Part shown: positions 17,870 to 28,242 of the stretch, piece after piece | How the letters are laid out: the number at the start of each line of letters is the position of its first letter | Position numbering within the stretch: the stretch's first letter is position 1 | NCBI GenBank assembly: GCA_947630235.1 | Contig: CANRGN010000006.1 | Coordinates: forward strand, 2,829-66,828 | Direction of reading: 5' to 3' | Source of the DNA: an uncultured Clostridia bacterium | Lineage (GTDB): Bacteria > Bacillota > Clostridia > TANB77 > CAG-508 | Length of the DNA stretch: 64,000 nt | Notes under the pieces: model-generated | Database searches by the model: none | Told to the model about the DNA's origin: nothing | Seen by the model: only the letters and a program-made list of their open reading frames with translations | Program-made: the position numbers and the translations under genes

Positions 17870-19504
17870 CTATTTTTTATAAAATTTATCTCCAACAAAA
17901 TCATAATCTAAAGTTTTCAAATCATCTATAAATTCGTTATATCTAGAAACATATACTTTTTTTGAATCATCACTTATTTTATAAAAATCTAAATATACTT
18001 GTTCTAAATTATTATTTAATATATTTCCATCATAATCCATCATTATAAAATTTAAATCAGCATAATCATAATTATTAAATTCTATTACATCATCCACATT
18101 TCCAAATAAATAAATTCCAATACTTAATAAAGATATATCTACATAATCATATTCACCTTCAATTATTTGATTATAATTTTCATCTATAATCGTATATTTA
18201 TCATTTGATTTTTTTACAATATATCTACCATCTTGAATAAAAATTTCTTTATATGAATCAGATAATTTTTCTCCTTTTTCATTATAAAATGTTATTTTTC
18301 CATCTTTATTGTAATCTTTATATAAAAATCTATCTCCTATTTTTTCTAAAATTTGAGCATTTCCCTTCATGGACTTTTTTACGCCTCTAGGTGAAAACCA
18401 CCCTTGTTCTTCTTTTTCTATATCGTAGCAAGGAATTGTTCCATCTTTAAATAAATATAAATTATTTTCATCATAATCTAATTTTTCACAATCTAATGGT
18501 AATTTATAATCTAAATCGTCTTTTCTGGCTAAATAATATACATCTTTAAGTCCCATACTTGATTGAGTAACTGTTATATCATATTCTTCATTATAATCAT
18601 ATCTATATGTATATTCTTCTGAACTATCATTATATGCTGGAGCATAATTTATATGATTATCATCATCATCTAAAATTTCAAAAGTCATTTCATTTTCCAT
18701 TCCAATAACATTTGAATAAAAATAATTCAATTCTTCTATTTTGGCTTCATAATCCTCATCTGAAGATTCACTTACATATGATTCTACTACTCTTTCGTTT
18801 TTCATAATTATTTTTGATATACCATCTGCACATACTAAAGCAATTTGAAAATCTTTATCATATACATTTATTGTTGTAAAAGGAGTGGCAAAATCATATA
18901 CAAAATCTATAACTGTTTCTCCTTTTGTGTTTATATATCCATATTTTCCATCTTTTTTTACATTTATATATTTATCATATCCTTCAAGCTCTGTTATATA
19001 TTTAAAAAATGTATCAGAATATTCTATCTGGCTTTCATTTTTCTTATCTAAAATATAAGATCCTATATTCTTATAAAAATAAACCATTCCATCTAATACT
19101 ACTGTTGTTACAGCAATAACTAAAATTATTGAAATAGCCGCTGTACTCTCAATTTCTCTAATATTTTCTTTCAATATATTTATTATAATTATAATTGCAG
19201 AAATTATAGGAAAAACTGAAATTAAATTTTTTTTAATTAAAATAAAAAATATAGTAAAAAAATAAACTCTATACCCCAATGAAAGGCCATAATTACTTTT
19301 ATTTTTTATATATGCAATAAAATTAATTAAACAAGTAATTCCTATAATAAAATATATGACAATTTTTATAATATTTACAATATCATTCTCTTGAACAGTT
19401 AACAAAGTTAAATCTTTAGGAATAAAATAAGTATATACAATAATCAATATTCCAATTAAACCATTAAGTAACCCTAATAATAAATTTACAAATTTTCCTT
19501 TCAT
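17870..19504 (-). CDS. Polytopic membrane protein with a WG-repeat (KWG-like) extracytoplasmic domain
   Basis: About five N-terminal TM helices, then DGKYGYINTKGETVIDFVYDFATPF and further aromatic-rich repeats. Confidence 0.65.
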   Translation of the reverse strand: MKGKFVNLLLGLLNGLIGILIIVYTYFIPKDLTLLTVQENDIVNIIKIVIYFIIGITCLINFIAYIKNKSNYGLSLGYRVYFFTIFFILIKKNLISVFPIISAIIIIINILKENIREIESTAAISIILVIAVTTVVLDGMVYFYKNIGSYILDKKNESQIEYSDTFFKYITELEGYDKYINVKKDGKYGYINTKGETVIDFVYDFATPFTTINVYDKDFQIALVCADGISKIIMKNERVVESYVSESSDEDYEAKIEELNYFYSNVIGMENEMTFEILDDDDNHINYAPAYNDSSEEYTYRYDYNEEYDITVTQSSMGLKDVYYLARKDDLDYKLPLDCEKLDYDENNLYLFKDGTIPCYDIEKEEQGWFSPRGVKKSMKGNAQILEKIGDRFLYKDYNKDGKITFYNEKGEKLSDSYKEIFIQDGRYIVKKSNDKYTIIDENYNQIIEGEYDYVDISLLSIGIYLFGNVDDVIEFNNYDYADLNFIMMDYDGNILNNNLEQVYLDFYKISDDSKKVYVSRYNEFIDDLKTLDYDFVGDKFYKK

Positions 19505-19508
19505 AAAT

Positions 19509-20072
19509 CTAATCCTCTTTTATATATAATTTATTTGATTTTATATATTTATATATATCTAGTGTAATGTAATCTTGAACATTTTTTCCTTCTGAAATTA
19601 AATTTCTAACTATACTAGATGATATACCAGAAAATTTATTATTACTTACTAATTTTATATTTTCTTTTGGTTCAATTTTATTAAACCTATCCAAAATTAT
19701 ATAATCAAATTTATCTAATTTGTATGAGTCTTTCCAGTTCTTCATTTTTATATAATTATCAGAACCCATAATAAAAAATTTTTTACAATCGAAATTTTTT
19801 TCTATAAATTCAAACGCATCTATTGCATACATTCTTTTGTTTGATTTTAATTCAAAATCAGCTATATCTATATTTTCTTCATCTTTAGTAAGTAATTTTA
19901 ACATATTAAGTCTATGATTCCCAGAAATCAATCCTGATTTATTATAAAAATCGTTCATGGGAACAAAAAAAACTTTATCTAAATTAAATTTTTCTAATAC
20001 TAATTTTGCAAGTCCAATATGAGCTTTAGTTGGAGGATTAAAACATCCTCCAAAAAATCCTATTTTATTCAT
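19509..20072 (-). CDS. nadD: Nicotinate/nicotinamide mononucleotide adenylyltransferase
   Basis: GGCFNPPTKAH (variant of the GxFxPxHxxH motif with T in place of the first H) and C-terminal ISSSIVR (ISST motif). Confidence 0.8.
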   Translation of the reverse strand: MNKIGFFGGCFNPPTKAHIGLAKLVLEKFNLDKVFFVPMNDFYNKSGLISGNHRLNMLKLLTKDEENIDIADFELKSNKRMYAIDAFEFIEKNFDCKKFFIMGSDNYIKMKNWKDSYKLDKFDYIILDRFNKIEPKENIKLVSNNKFSGISSSIVRNLISEGKNVQDYITLDIYKYIKSNKLYIKED

Positions 20073-20073
20073 T

Positions 20074-20580
20074 TTATCCTTCCATTACGAATTTTTCAGC
20101 CTTTATTTTCAATTCATCAAGAGTTCCATCATTTTGAATATAATAATCATATTCATAATTTTCTACATTTGCATCAGAAGAATTTGAAACTATTTTTTCT
20201 ACACGATTACTTGAAATAAGTAATGATTTAACATCTAATAATTCTTTTACTTTGGCTATTTCACTAGTTTCTCTAATATGAATAAACATTATTTCTTGAT
20301 CTGCATCTTTTAAAAATTCTTCTGCTTGTTCTTTTATATATGTTATTGGATAATTATTATAATCTATACTCATTTTTTTTAAATCTGCCAAAAATTTTCG
20401 ACTTTTTTCGTCTTTTTCTCCATTCCAATTAACCAATATTTTTGCAGCTTCTTTAACTTTATCTACTGAAGATATATTTTTTACTTTGGCATATTCACTA
20501 CAAAATTCAACAAATGTATCTTTTCCTACACCGCCTGAACCATTTATTATAACAATTTTCTTATTCATATTCTCCTCCAT
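20074..20580 (-). CDS. Small P-loop NTPase/kinase-like protein (dNMP-kinase-like)
   Basis: Walker A INGSGGVGKDTF near the N-terminus; 168 aa. The gene abuts the metG stop and the nadD start with gaps of 0-1 nt. Confidence 0.5.
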   Translation of the reverse strand: MEENMNKKIVIINGSGGVGKDTFVEFCSEYAKVKNISSVDKVKEAAKILVNWNGEKDEKSRKFLADLKKMSIDYNNYPITYIKEQAEEFLKDADQEIMFIHIRETSEIAKVKELLDVKSLLISSNRVEKIVSNSSDANVENYEYDYYIQNDGTLDELKIKAEKFVMEG

Positions 20581-22158
20581 TTATTTATGCATTATATCTT
20601 GAATATATTTAATTTCTTCTTCTAAATCTAATCTTAAGAAAAGAGGATCTCCTTTTTCTATAACTTTTATCTCATTTATTTTGTGATTTTCTTTTAAACA
20701 ATTCCATGATTTTAAATTATCATTTCTTAAACCTAATTGATCAAATATTTTGTTTGAAGTATTTTTCATAAATGGTCTAATTAAAATAGCAATTTTCATT
20801 AATGAGTCAACTAGATTATACATTACAACAGATAAATATTCTTTTTCATCATTTTTTGCCAAAGTCCATGGTGCTGTTTCATCTATATATTTATTTGTCC
20901 TAGAAATAATATTCCAAATTTCAGGAATTGCATCACTAATTTTATAATCATCCATATATTTTTCAATTAAATCTATCTTTTCATTAATATAATCATGTAA
21001 ATTTTTCTCTAGCTCTGTTTCTAATGATAAATCTGCATTTACAACTCCATTAAAATATTTATTTATCATTCCTATTGTTCTATTTAATAAATTTCCTAAA
21101 TCATTACATAAATCATAATTAAATTTCTCAACAAAATCTTCTGGAGTAAACATTGAATCTTGTCCAAAACTTAAAGTTTTTAGTAAATAATATTTAGTGG
21201 CATCTAATCCATATCTATTAACCAAAACTTCAGGATATACAACATTTCCTTTAGATTTAGACATTTTTCCATCCTTCATAACTATATAACCATGTGCATA
21301 TATATGTTTTGGAAGCTCTAAGCCTAATGCCATTAAGAATATTGGCCAATAAATACCATGAAATCTAATTATATCTTTTCCAACAATTTGAAAATCAGCT
21401 GGCCAATATTTTTTAAATAAACTATCATCATCAGACATATATCCTAAAGCTGTAATATAATTTGTTAATGCATCAACCCAAACATATAAAACATGTTTTG
21501 GATCATTTGGCATTTTTATACCCCAATCAAAAGTAGTTCTACTAATACATAAATCTTCTAATCCAGGTTTAATAAAGTTTCCAAAAATTTCATTTTTTCT
21601 AAACTCAGGTAAAATGAAATCTGGATTCTCTTCATAAAATTTTAATAACCTATCTTCATATTTTTTCATATTGAAAAAATATGATTCTTCTTGCATTTTC
21701 TTAACTTCTCTACCACAATCAGGACATTTTCCATCTACAAGTTGAGTTTCAGTAAAATATGTTTCACAAGGCATACAATACCAACCTTCATAATTACCTT
21801 TATAAATATCTCCATTTTCTAGAAATTTATTTACTATTTTTTGTACAGCTTTTTCATGACGTTCATCAGTAGTTCTGATAAAATCATCATATTCGATTTC
21901 CATAAGCTCCCATAGTTTTTTTGCCTCATTAGCCATTATATCAACATGTTCTTTAGGAGTTCTTCCCATTTTTTTAGCAACTTCTTGTATTTTTTGACCA
22001 TGTTCATCTAAACCTGTTAACATATATGAATCATAGCCTTTCATTTGTTTATACCTCTTTATAGTATCCGCAAGTACAGTTGTATAAGCTGTACCTATAT
22101 GAAATTTACCACTTGGATAATATATAGGGGTTGTAATATAAAATGTTTTTTTATCCAT
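20581..22158 (-). CDS. metG: Methionine--tRNA ligase (short form, no C-terminal tRNA-binding domain)
   Basis: HIGH motif (KFHIGTAYT), KMSKS, and a Zn knuckle CMPCETY...CPDCG. Confidence 0.95.
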   Translation of the reverse strand: MDKKTFYITTPIYYPSGKFHIGTAYTTVLADTIKRYKQMKGYDSYMLTGLDEHGQKIQEVAKKMGRTPKEHVDIMANEAKKLWELMEIEYDDFIRTTDERHEKAVQKIVNKFLENGDIYKGNYEGWYCMPCETYFTETQLVDGKCPDCGREVKKMQEESYFFNMKKYEDRLLKFYEENPDFILPEFRKNEIFGNFIKPGLEDLCISRTTFDWGIKMPNDPKHVLYVWVDALTNYITALGYMSDDDSLFKKYWPADFQIVGKDIIRFHGIYWPIFLMALGLELPKHIYAHGYIVMKDGKMSKSKGNVVYPEVLVNRYGLDATKYYLLKTLSFGQDSMFTPEDFVEKFNYDLCNDLGNLLNRTIGMINKYFNGVVNADLSLETELEKNLHDYINEKIDLIEKYMDDYKISDAIPEIWNIISRTNKYIDETAPWTLAKNDEKEYLSVVMYNLVDSLMKIAILIRPFMKNTSNKIFDQLGLRNDNLKSWNCLKENHKINEIKVIEKGDPLFLRLDLEEEIKYIQDIMHK

Positions 22159-22177
22159 AAAAAACTCCTTTCAATAT

Positions 22178-23713
22178 TTAATGCGTTCTTCTCCTTCTTC
22201 CAACTTCGTCAAAATCAGGATCTTCATCAATCTCTTCTAAATCTTTCATACTTGCCTTTTCTACTTCTTCAGGATTAGCTTGTATATCATTAGCATCTTC
22301 TTTTATTGATTGAGGAGGAGTAAGTCCCATTTTAATAAAATCATCTTCAACAATAATTTCCAATTTATCAATTAAAGCTTTATTATCTGGTTGAACTTCT
22401 CTTACATATTCTAATTTTTCTAAATCTATTTCTAATCTTTCTCTAAAATTATCTTTTTCTTCTAAAGTCATATCTATAGGCATTCGTTTTAATTGCATAG
22501 ATTTCAATTTTCCAGAAGAATCTGTGTAGTCAACATAATTTTCATTATCTTCTACTCTTTTATAAACTCCTGATGTTACTTTTAAAGGTGCAATCAAATC
22601 TCTAAAAGCTCTATCATGTTGTTCTCCTCCTAGTTCTACTCCATCTTGAATAATTGTATATTTTTCTTTACCAAATATGGAAGAAAATTGTATTATAGTT
22701 AACTCACTACCTTTTCTATTTATTTTACTATTTTCAGTACAATCTGCAAGAGTGCTAGGATCTTTTATAATTAATACTGATTTAATTTCATCCTTAGAAT
22801 ATTCTGATTTGTTACAAATCTTATTAATTTCTGCTATTTTATCTTCAGGTATATTTTTATTTTCTCCTCCTTTTTTTCCGTCTTCTTCTTTTTCTTCTAT
22901 ATCTTTTCCATCTTTATCTACTGTTTTTTCTGTAATGTTTCTTTCATGATCTTTCTCATCATCTTCTAGCTGTTTTCTTACTTCTTCTTCCTCTTTTAAT
23001 TTATTTTGAATTTCTTCTGGAGTTTGAATAATTGTTTTGGTAGAATCTAAAGAAGAATATTGACCATTTTTTATATTTTGAGCTTTTGCTGCTCTTTCAC
23101 CTGCTGATTTTACACTTTCTGGTACAATCATTCCTTCTTCAATTGCTTTAATTAAAGAATTTATATCTTTTAAATAAAATTCTTCTTGAATAGTTTGCTC
23201 ATCAACAAAATTTCTAACATTCGCTTTTTCTAAACTTTCATCAATAATTTTTTTAAGATTAGGAGAAATTTTAAAACTTGGATTTCCTTTTTCATCATAA
23301 GTTAATATACCTAAGTCATTTCCATCTTTATCTATAACCAATTCCTCTTTCTTATTTTCCTCATTTAAAGAAATAATTGAATATTCAAGTAGTTTTTGCT
23401 CTTTTTCATCTTCTATTCCAAATTCTTCTTTTAATGAATTTATTTTTCTATTTTTGGAATTTTCAACTGATTCATATACTTCTATTTCACCTAATTCTGG
23501 CAATTCAGTTAAAGTTTTTTCAAAACTACTAATATCACTTTTTCTTGAATTTTCTCTTTTATAATCTAAGTAATATTCATATAAAGATTTTATTTCATAA
23601 TCATTTTTCAAATTAAACATTTTATTATTTTTTAAATAATCAGAATTTTTATAAGCAATATATTTATAATATAATTTTTCTATATCATAATTACTATCCA
23701 TATTTAACCTCAT
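22178..23713 (-). CDS. Acidic hypothetical protein (511 aa)
   Basis: Long ORF with E/D/K-rich central low complexity. No TM segment or signal peptide and no recognisable motif. It ends in GRRRRTH. Confidence 0.55.
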   Translation of the reverse strand: MRLNMDSNYDIEKLYYKYIAYKNSDYLKNNKMFNLKNDYEIKSLYEYYLDYKRENSRKSDISSFEKTLTELPELGEIEVYESVENSKNRKINSLKEEFGIEDEKEQKLLEYSIISLNEENKKEELVIDKDGNDLGILTYDEKGNPSFKISPNLKKIIDESLEKANVRNFVDEQTIQEEFYLKDINSLIKAIEEGMIVPESVKSAGERAAKAQNIKNGQYSSLDSTKTIIQTPEEIQNKLKEEEEVRKQLEDDEKDHERNITEKTVDKDGKDIEEKEEDGKKGGENKNIPEDKIAEINKICNKSEYSKDEIKSVLIIKDPSTLADCTENSKINRKGSELTIIQFSSIFGKEKYTIIQDGVELGGEQHDRAFRDLIAPLKVTSGVYKRVEDNENYVDYTDSSGKLKSMQLKRMPIDMTLEEKDNFRERLEIDLEKLEYVREVQPDNKALIDKLEIIVEDDFIKMGLTPPQSIKEDANDIQANPEEVEKASMKDLEEIDEDPDFDEVGRRRRTH

Positions 23714-23778
23714 TTCTTATTTAATATAAATTCAATATAAAAATAATTAAACACTAACAATGCATATTTTTATAATAA

Positions 23779-25140
23779 TTATTTTAAATACTCTTCTATA
23801 GTTTGTGCTAAATCTGTTGCTTTTATTTTTATATAATCTAAATTTTCTCCTTCAATCATAACTCTAACTTTTGGTTCTGTTCCAGAAGGCCTAATAAGTA
23901 CTCTACCATTACCTTTAAATTCATTCTCTAAATCTTCTATTTTTTTCTTTATTATTTCATTTTTTTCATAATCGTACTTTTTATTTGAATCTACACTTGC
24001 ATTAATCAAAACTTGTGGATATATATTTATAATTTTAGCAAGTTCTGATATTTTTTTATTTTCTTCAATCATTGCTCTAATTATCATAAGAGATGTTAAT
24101 ATTCCGTCTCCTGTTGGATTATAATCTAAAAATATAATATGACCAGATTGCTCACCACCAAAATTGTATCCATTTTTAAGCATTTCTTCTAAAACATATC
24201 TATCACCAACTTTAGTTTCAACAAATTCAATACCATTTTCTTTTGCAAATTTTTTCATTCCTAAATTACTCATTACAGTAGCAACTAAAGTATCTTTATT
24301 TAATTTTCCTTTTCTCTTTAATGAATTAGAAATAATAGCCATTATCATATCACCATCTATAATATTTCCATTTTCATCAACAGCTAAACATCTATCTCCA
24401 TCTCCATCATACGCAATTCCTAAGTTTAATTTATTTTCTTTAACAAAACTTTGTAAATTTTCTAAATGCGTAGATCCACAATTTTCATTTATATTTATTC
24501 CATCAGGATTATCGCTAATTACTTTAAAATTAATTCCAAGTTTTTTGAACACTTTTTTAGCAACTTCATATGTAGCACCATTTGCAACATCTAATCCAAC
24601 ACAAAAATTTTTATCCAAATTATCAAAAGTAGTTCCGAAAATTTTTATAAAGAAATCGATATATTCATCTATAAGCTCTGGTTTTGACACAAGTCTTCCA
24701 ACATTTTCTCCTACTGCTGTAAAATCATTAAGTTTTTCTGATTCCATTACTTCTTCAATTTCTTCTTCTAATTCGTCTGATATTTTCATTCCTTTATTAC
24801 TGAAAAATTTAACACCATTAAACTCAAATGTATTATGTGATGCAGAAATAACAACACTTGCATCTGCATTTAATTTTCTAGTTAAATATGCAACTCCAGG
24901 TGTTGGAATAATATCTAATAAAATAACATTAGCACCATAACTTAAAAAGCCAGCTGTCATTGCACTTTCAATTAACCCTCCTGAAAGTCTAGTATCTCTA
25001 CCAATTAAAATAGTAGGTTTATGGTTAGAATGTTTTGATAAAACATAAGCACCTGCTTTAGCAACTTTAAAAACTAAATTAGGAGTAAGTTCAGTATTTG
25101 CAATTCTCCTAATTCCATCTGTTCCAAAATATTTTCTCAC
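23779..25140 (-). CDS. glmM: Phosphoglucosamine mutase
   Basis: Active-site SASHN, the Mg site DGDGDR, and the GEQSGH loop. Confidence 0.95.
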   Translation of the reverse strand: MRKYFGTDGIRRIANTELTPNLVFKVAKAGAYVLSKHSNHKPTILIGRDTRLSGGLIESAMTAGFLSYGANVILLDIIPTPGVAYLTRKLNADASVVISASHNTFEFNGVKFFSNKGMKISDELEEEIEEVMESEKLNDFTAVGENVGRLVSKPELIDEYIDFFIKIFGTTFDNLDKNFCVGLDVANGATYEVAKKVFKKLGINFKVISDNPDGININENCGSTHLENLQSFVKENKLNLGIAYDGDGDRCLAVDENGNIIDGDMIMAIISNSLKRKGKLNKDTLVATVMSNLGMKKFAKENGIEFVETKVGDRYVLEEMLKNGYNFGGEQSGHIIFLDYNPTGDGILTSLMIIRAMIEENKKISELAKIINIYPQVLINASVDSNKKYDYEKNEIIKKKIEDLENEFKGNGRVLIRPSGTEPKVRVMIEGENLDYIKIKATDLAQTIEEYLK

Positions 25141-25276
25141 TATATATGCCTCCTAAAATAAAATATTGATAATATTATACATATATATTATTAAAAATTC
25201 AATATTTTGTGATAGAAAAAACAAAAAGGAAGCATATCTTGAATACAATTTTATCAAGAAAGCCCCCTAGTATATT

Positions 25277-26608
25277 TTATTTTTCTATATCATTTAATAC
25301 TGTTCCAAGTAAATTTCCATTTACTTTTTCAATTTCTTTTGTAGCATTTATCAAATCTTTTTCTTTTGTTTTATTTTTTTCTGTTATAAGTAATGTATTA
25401 TCACAAATATTTGATAAAAATCTTGAATCTGCATATTGCATCATTTCTGAGCCATCCAAAATTATTATATCATAAGATTGTTTCATTTCATCTAAAAATT
25501 TAATAAATTTCTCATTTTGAATTATTTTGAATTTTTTACCTTTTATTGTTCCAATTGTTATTACATCCAAATTTTCATATTTTGTCTCTTGTACTAAACT
25601 ATTAAAACTTTTACTATCTTTTTCGGATATTTTGTTTGAATCTATTAAATAATTTGATAATCCATAATTATTTTGTACTTCAAACACTTTATCTAAAATA
25701 CCATCTTTTTTATCTGTATCTATAATTAAAACTTTTTTTCCTACTTTAGAAAATGCTATTGCTAAATTAGAAGATACAAAAGTTTTTCCATCTCTTTTAT
25801 CAATACTTGTAATAAATAATGTTTTTTTGCTTAAATCATTTTTAATTGAAAATTCTATATTAGCTCTTAAAACATCAAATTGTTCTGATTCTTCTGAATT
25901 TTCTATTATCTTTCCAGCTTTATTTAATTTCAAAACAATAGTAGAAATAAAAGGTAATTTAAGTTTAGATTCTATATCTTTTTCTGAAATTATAGATGGA
26001 TTAAATATAAATTTAATCATAATAATACCTAAGCCTATTATTAATCCAACAGCAACAAAACAAACTAAATCTGCAATATGACTAGTATTTGATTCTGTGG
26101 TACTTTCATCAGCATTACTAATTGAATATGTATGATTTATTCTATAAAAATCTTTAGATTTTTCTACAAAAACTTTTATTATTTCATTAGCTATATTTTC
26201 AGCCAGCTTTTCATCATTAAAGCTTACTGCAATTTCTATTGTTCCAGTACTAGTAGTAATTTCAAGATTTTCTTTTAAATCGCCTAATGTAATATCTTGA
26301 TCTTTTAAATCTAAATTTTCAATTACTGTATCTAAAATATCATTACTAAGCATATAATTTTTATAATTTCCAAGTATTGTACTATTAAATTGAATTTCAG
26401 ATAATAATTGACTTTCACCTTCTCTAGGTTCATATCCTTCTATACGACCAAAAGTTATATATGAATATGCAGTATAAGATTGTGCCTTAATAAAAAATGA
26501 AAAAACAATTCCTAAAATCAATGCTATGATAGTAAGTATTATTATAAACACTTTATTTTTCCAAAATAATAAAAATAATTCTTTTAAATCGATTTCTTCT
26601 TCAACCAT
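25277..26608 (-). CDS. Wzz-type chain-length domain fused to a BY-kinase-like P-loop ATPase
   Basis: N-terminal IDLKELFLLFWKNKVFIIILT with two TM segments. C-terminal Walker A DKRDGKT, Walker A' VLIIDTDKKDG and Walker B DIIILDGSE. No C-terminal Tyr cluster. Confidence 0.7.
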   Translation of the reverse strand: MVEEEIDLKELFLLFWKNKVFIIILTIIALILGIVFSFFIKAQSYTAYSYITFGRIEGYEPREGESQLLSEIQFNSTILGNYKNYMLSNDILDTVIENLDLKDQDITLGDLKENLEITTSTGTIEIAVSFNDEKLAENIANEIIKVFVEKSKDFYRINHTYSISNADESTTESNTSHIADLVCFVAVGLIIGLGIIMIKFIFNPSIISEKDIESKLKLPFISTIVLKLNKAGKIIENSEESEQFDVLRANIEFSIKNDLSKKTLFITSIDKRDGKTFVSSNLAIAFSKVGKKVLIIDTDKKDGILDKVFEVQNNYGLSNYLIDSNKISEKDSKSFNSLVQETKYENLDVITIGTIKGKKFKIIQNEKFIKFLDEMKQSYDIIILDGSEMMQYADSRFLSNICDNTLLITEKNKTKEKDLINATKEIEKVNGNLLGTVLNDIEK

Positions 26609-26694
26609 TTTTTGCTCCCATTATACATCCTATATTTTCTTTTGAAAATAAAATTTTCATTCACATTATAACAACAGATATTCAAAATTGCAAC

Positions 26695-27393
26695 CTATTT
26701 TTCTAATATTTTCCAACTTCCTTCGATTTTTGGAAATTCTTCAAAAATCATTCTTTCTTTTTTTACTGGGTGTATTATGCTTAAATGATATGCCCAAAGT
26801 GCTAACCCCTTTCCTCTACCACGTGTTCCGTATTTTTGATCTCCACTTAAAGAATGATTTCTAGATGCAAATTGTACTCTTATTTGATGATGACGTCCAG
26901 TTTGCAAATTAACTTTTACAACTGACATATTTATTTTTTCATCATATTTTACTACTTCATAATCTAGAATTGCCTCTTTTGAATTTTTAGTTCCTTCTTT
27001 TACAACTTTACTGGTATTCGTTTTTTCATTTTTTAATAAAAAATCTTTATATATTCCTTTATTATTTTCCATTTTTCCGTCCACAATACATAAATACTTT
27101 TTATTAAATTCTTTATTTCTAACCTGTTCCGAAAGCCTACTAGCAGCTTTGGAGGTCTTGGCAAAAACCATAACACCACCTGTTGGTCTATCTAACCTAT
27201 GTACTAAACCTAGATATACATCACCAGGTTTATTATATTTTTCTTTTAAATATTTTTTTAATATTGTTAGCATATCTTCATCTCCAGTTTTATCTCCTTG
27301 AGATGGTATATTTGCTGGTTTTACAACAACTATTATATGATTATCTTCATATAATATTTTTACTTTATCCATATTTTCTATTTTTTCTCCCAT
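26695..27393 (-). CDS. RluA-family pseudouridine synthase
   Basis: Catalytic motif HRLDRPTGGVMVFAKT and HQIRVQ. No S4 domain. Confidence 0.9.
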   Translation of the reverse strand: MGEKIENMDKVKILYEDNHIIVVVKPANIPSQGDKTGDEDMLTILKKYLKEKYNKPGDVYLGLVHRLDRPTGGVMVFAKTSKAASRLSEQVRNKEFNKKYLCIVDGKMENNKGIYKDFLLKNEKTNTSKVVKEGTKNSKEAILDYEVVKYDEKINMSVVKVNLQTGRHHQIRVQFASRNHSLSGDQKYGTRGRGKGLALWAYHLSIIHPVKKERMIFEEFPKIEGSWKILEK

Positions 27394-28241
27394 CTTCCAA
27401 AAATTCCTGCTGGTAAAACCAAATTTGAATCTTTCATTGGAAGACCTATTTCACCAGATGTAATCTTTCCATTTTTTCTATTAATTTTTAGTGATAAAAT
27501 ATTTTCTAAAACTTTTGCTGATATACCTGTAGTATAAGAATTTATTAAGAAAAATAATGGATTGTCAGAAAGAACATTTGTACAAAGCTCAACTAAATCT
27601 TCTAAATTATTTTCAAATTGCCATACCTCTCCATTTTTACCTCGCCCATAAGAGGGAGGGTCCATTATTATTGCATCATAATAATTTCCTCTTCTTATTT
27701 CTCTTTGCACAAATTTTGTAACATCATCAATTATAAATCTAACAGGCTTTTTTTCCAATCCAGAACTTTGTACATTCTCTTTAGCCCATGAAACCATTCC
27801 TTTAGAACTATCAACATGACATACTGATGCACCAGCATATAAACATGCTACTGTAGCACCACCTGTATATGCAAATAAATTCAAAACTTTAATCTGCCTT
27901 TTTTCACTTTTTATTTTATCTATCATCCAATCCCAATTAACAGCTTGTTCAGGAAATAATCCAGTATGTTTGAAGCCCATTGGCTTTATATTAAAAGTTA
28001 AATCTTTATATTTAATTTGCCAAGAATCTGGAAGTTTTTTCTTATAACTCCAACCACCACCTCCAGAATTACTTCTATTATATCTAGCATTAGCAAATTT
28101 CCATTTTTCTGGAAAAGATTTGTCCTTCCAAATAATCTGTGGATCTGGCCTAACCAAATATATATTTCCCCATCTTTCTAGTTTCTCTCCATTTGCCATA
28201 TCTAAAATTTCATAATCATTCCAATTATTTGATAAATTCAT
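27378..28241 (-). CDS. Class I SAM-dependent methyltransferase (RlmI-like catalytic domain)
   Basis: VLNLFAYTGGATVA (motif I), HVDSSK and IIMDPPSYGRG. The 3' end overlaps the rluA-type start by 16 nt. Confidence 0.8.
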   Translation of the reverse strand: MNLSNNWNDYEILDMANGEKLERWGNIYLVRPDPQIIWKDKSFPEKWKFANARYNRSNSGGGGWSYKKKLPDSWQIKYKDLTFNIKPMGFKHTGLFPEQAVNWDWMIDKIKSEKRQIKVLNLFAYTGGATVACLYAGASVCHVDSSKGMVSWAKENVQSSGLEKKPVRFIIDDVTKFVQREIRRGNYYDAIIMDPPSYGRGKNGEVWQFENNLEDLVELCTNVLSDNPLFFLINSYTTGISAKVLENILSLKINRKNGKITSGEIGLPMKDSNLVLPAGIFGRWEKK

Positions 28242-28242
28242 A

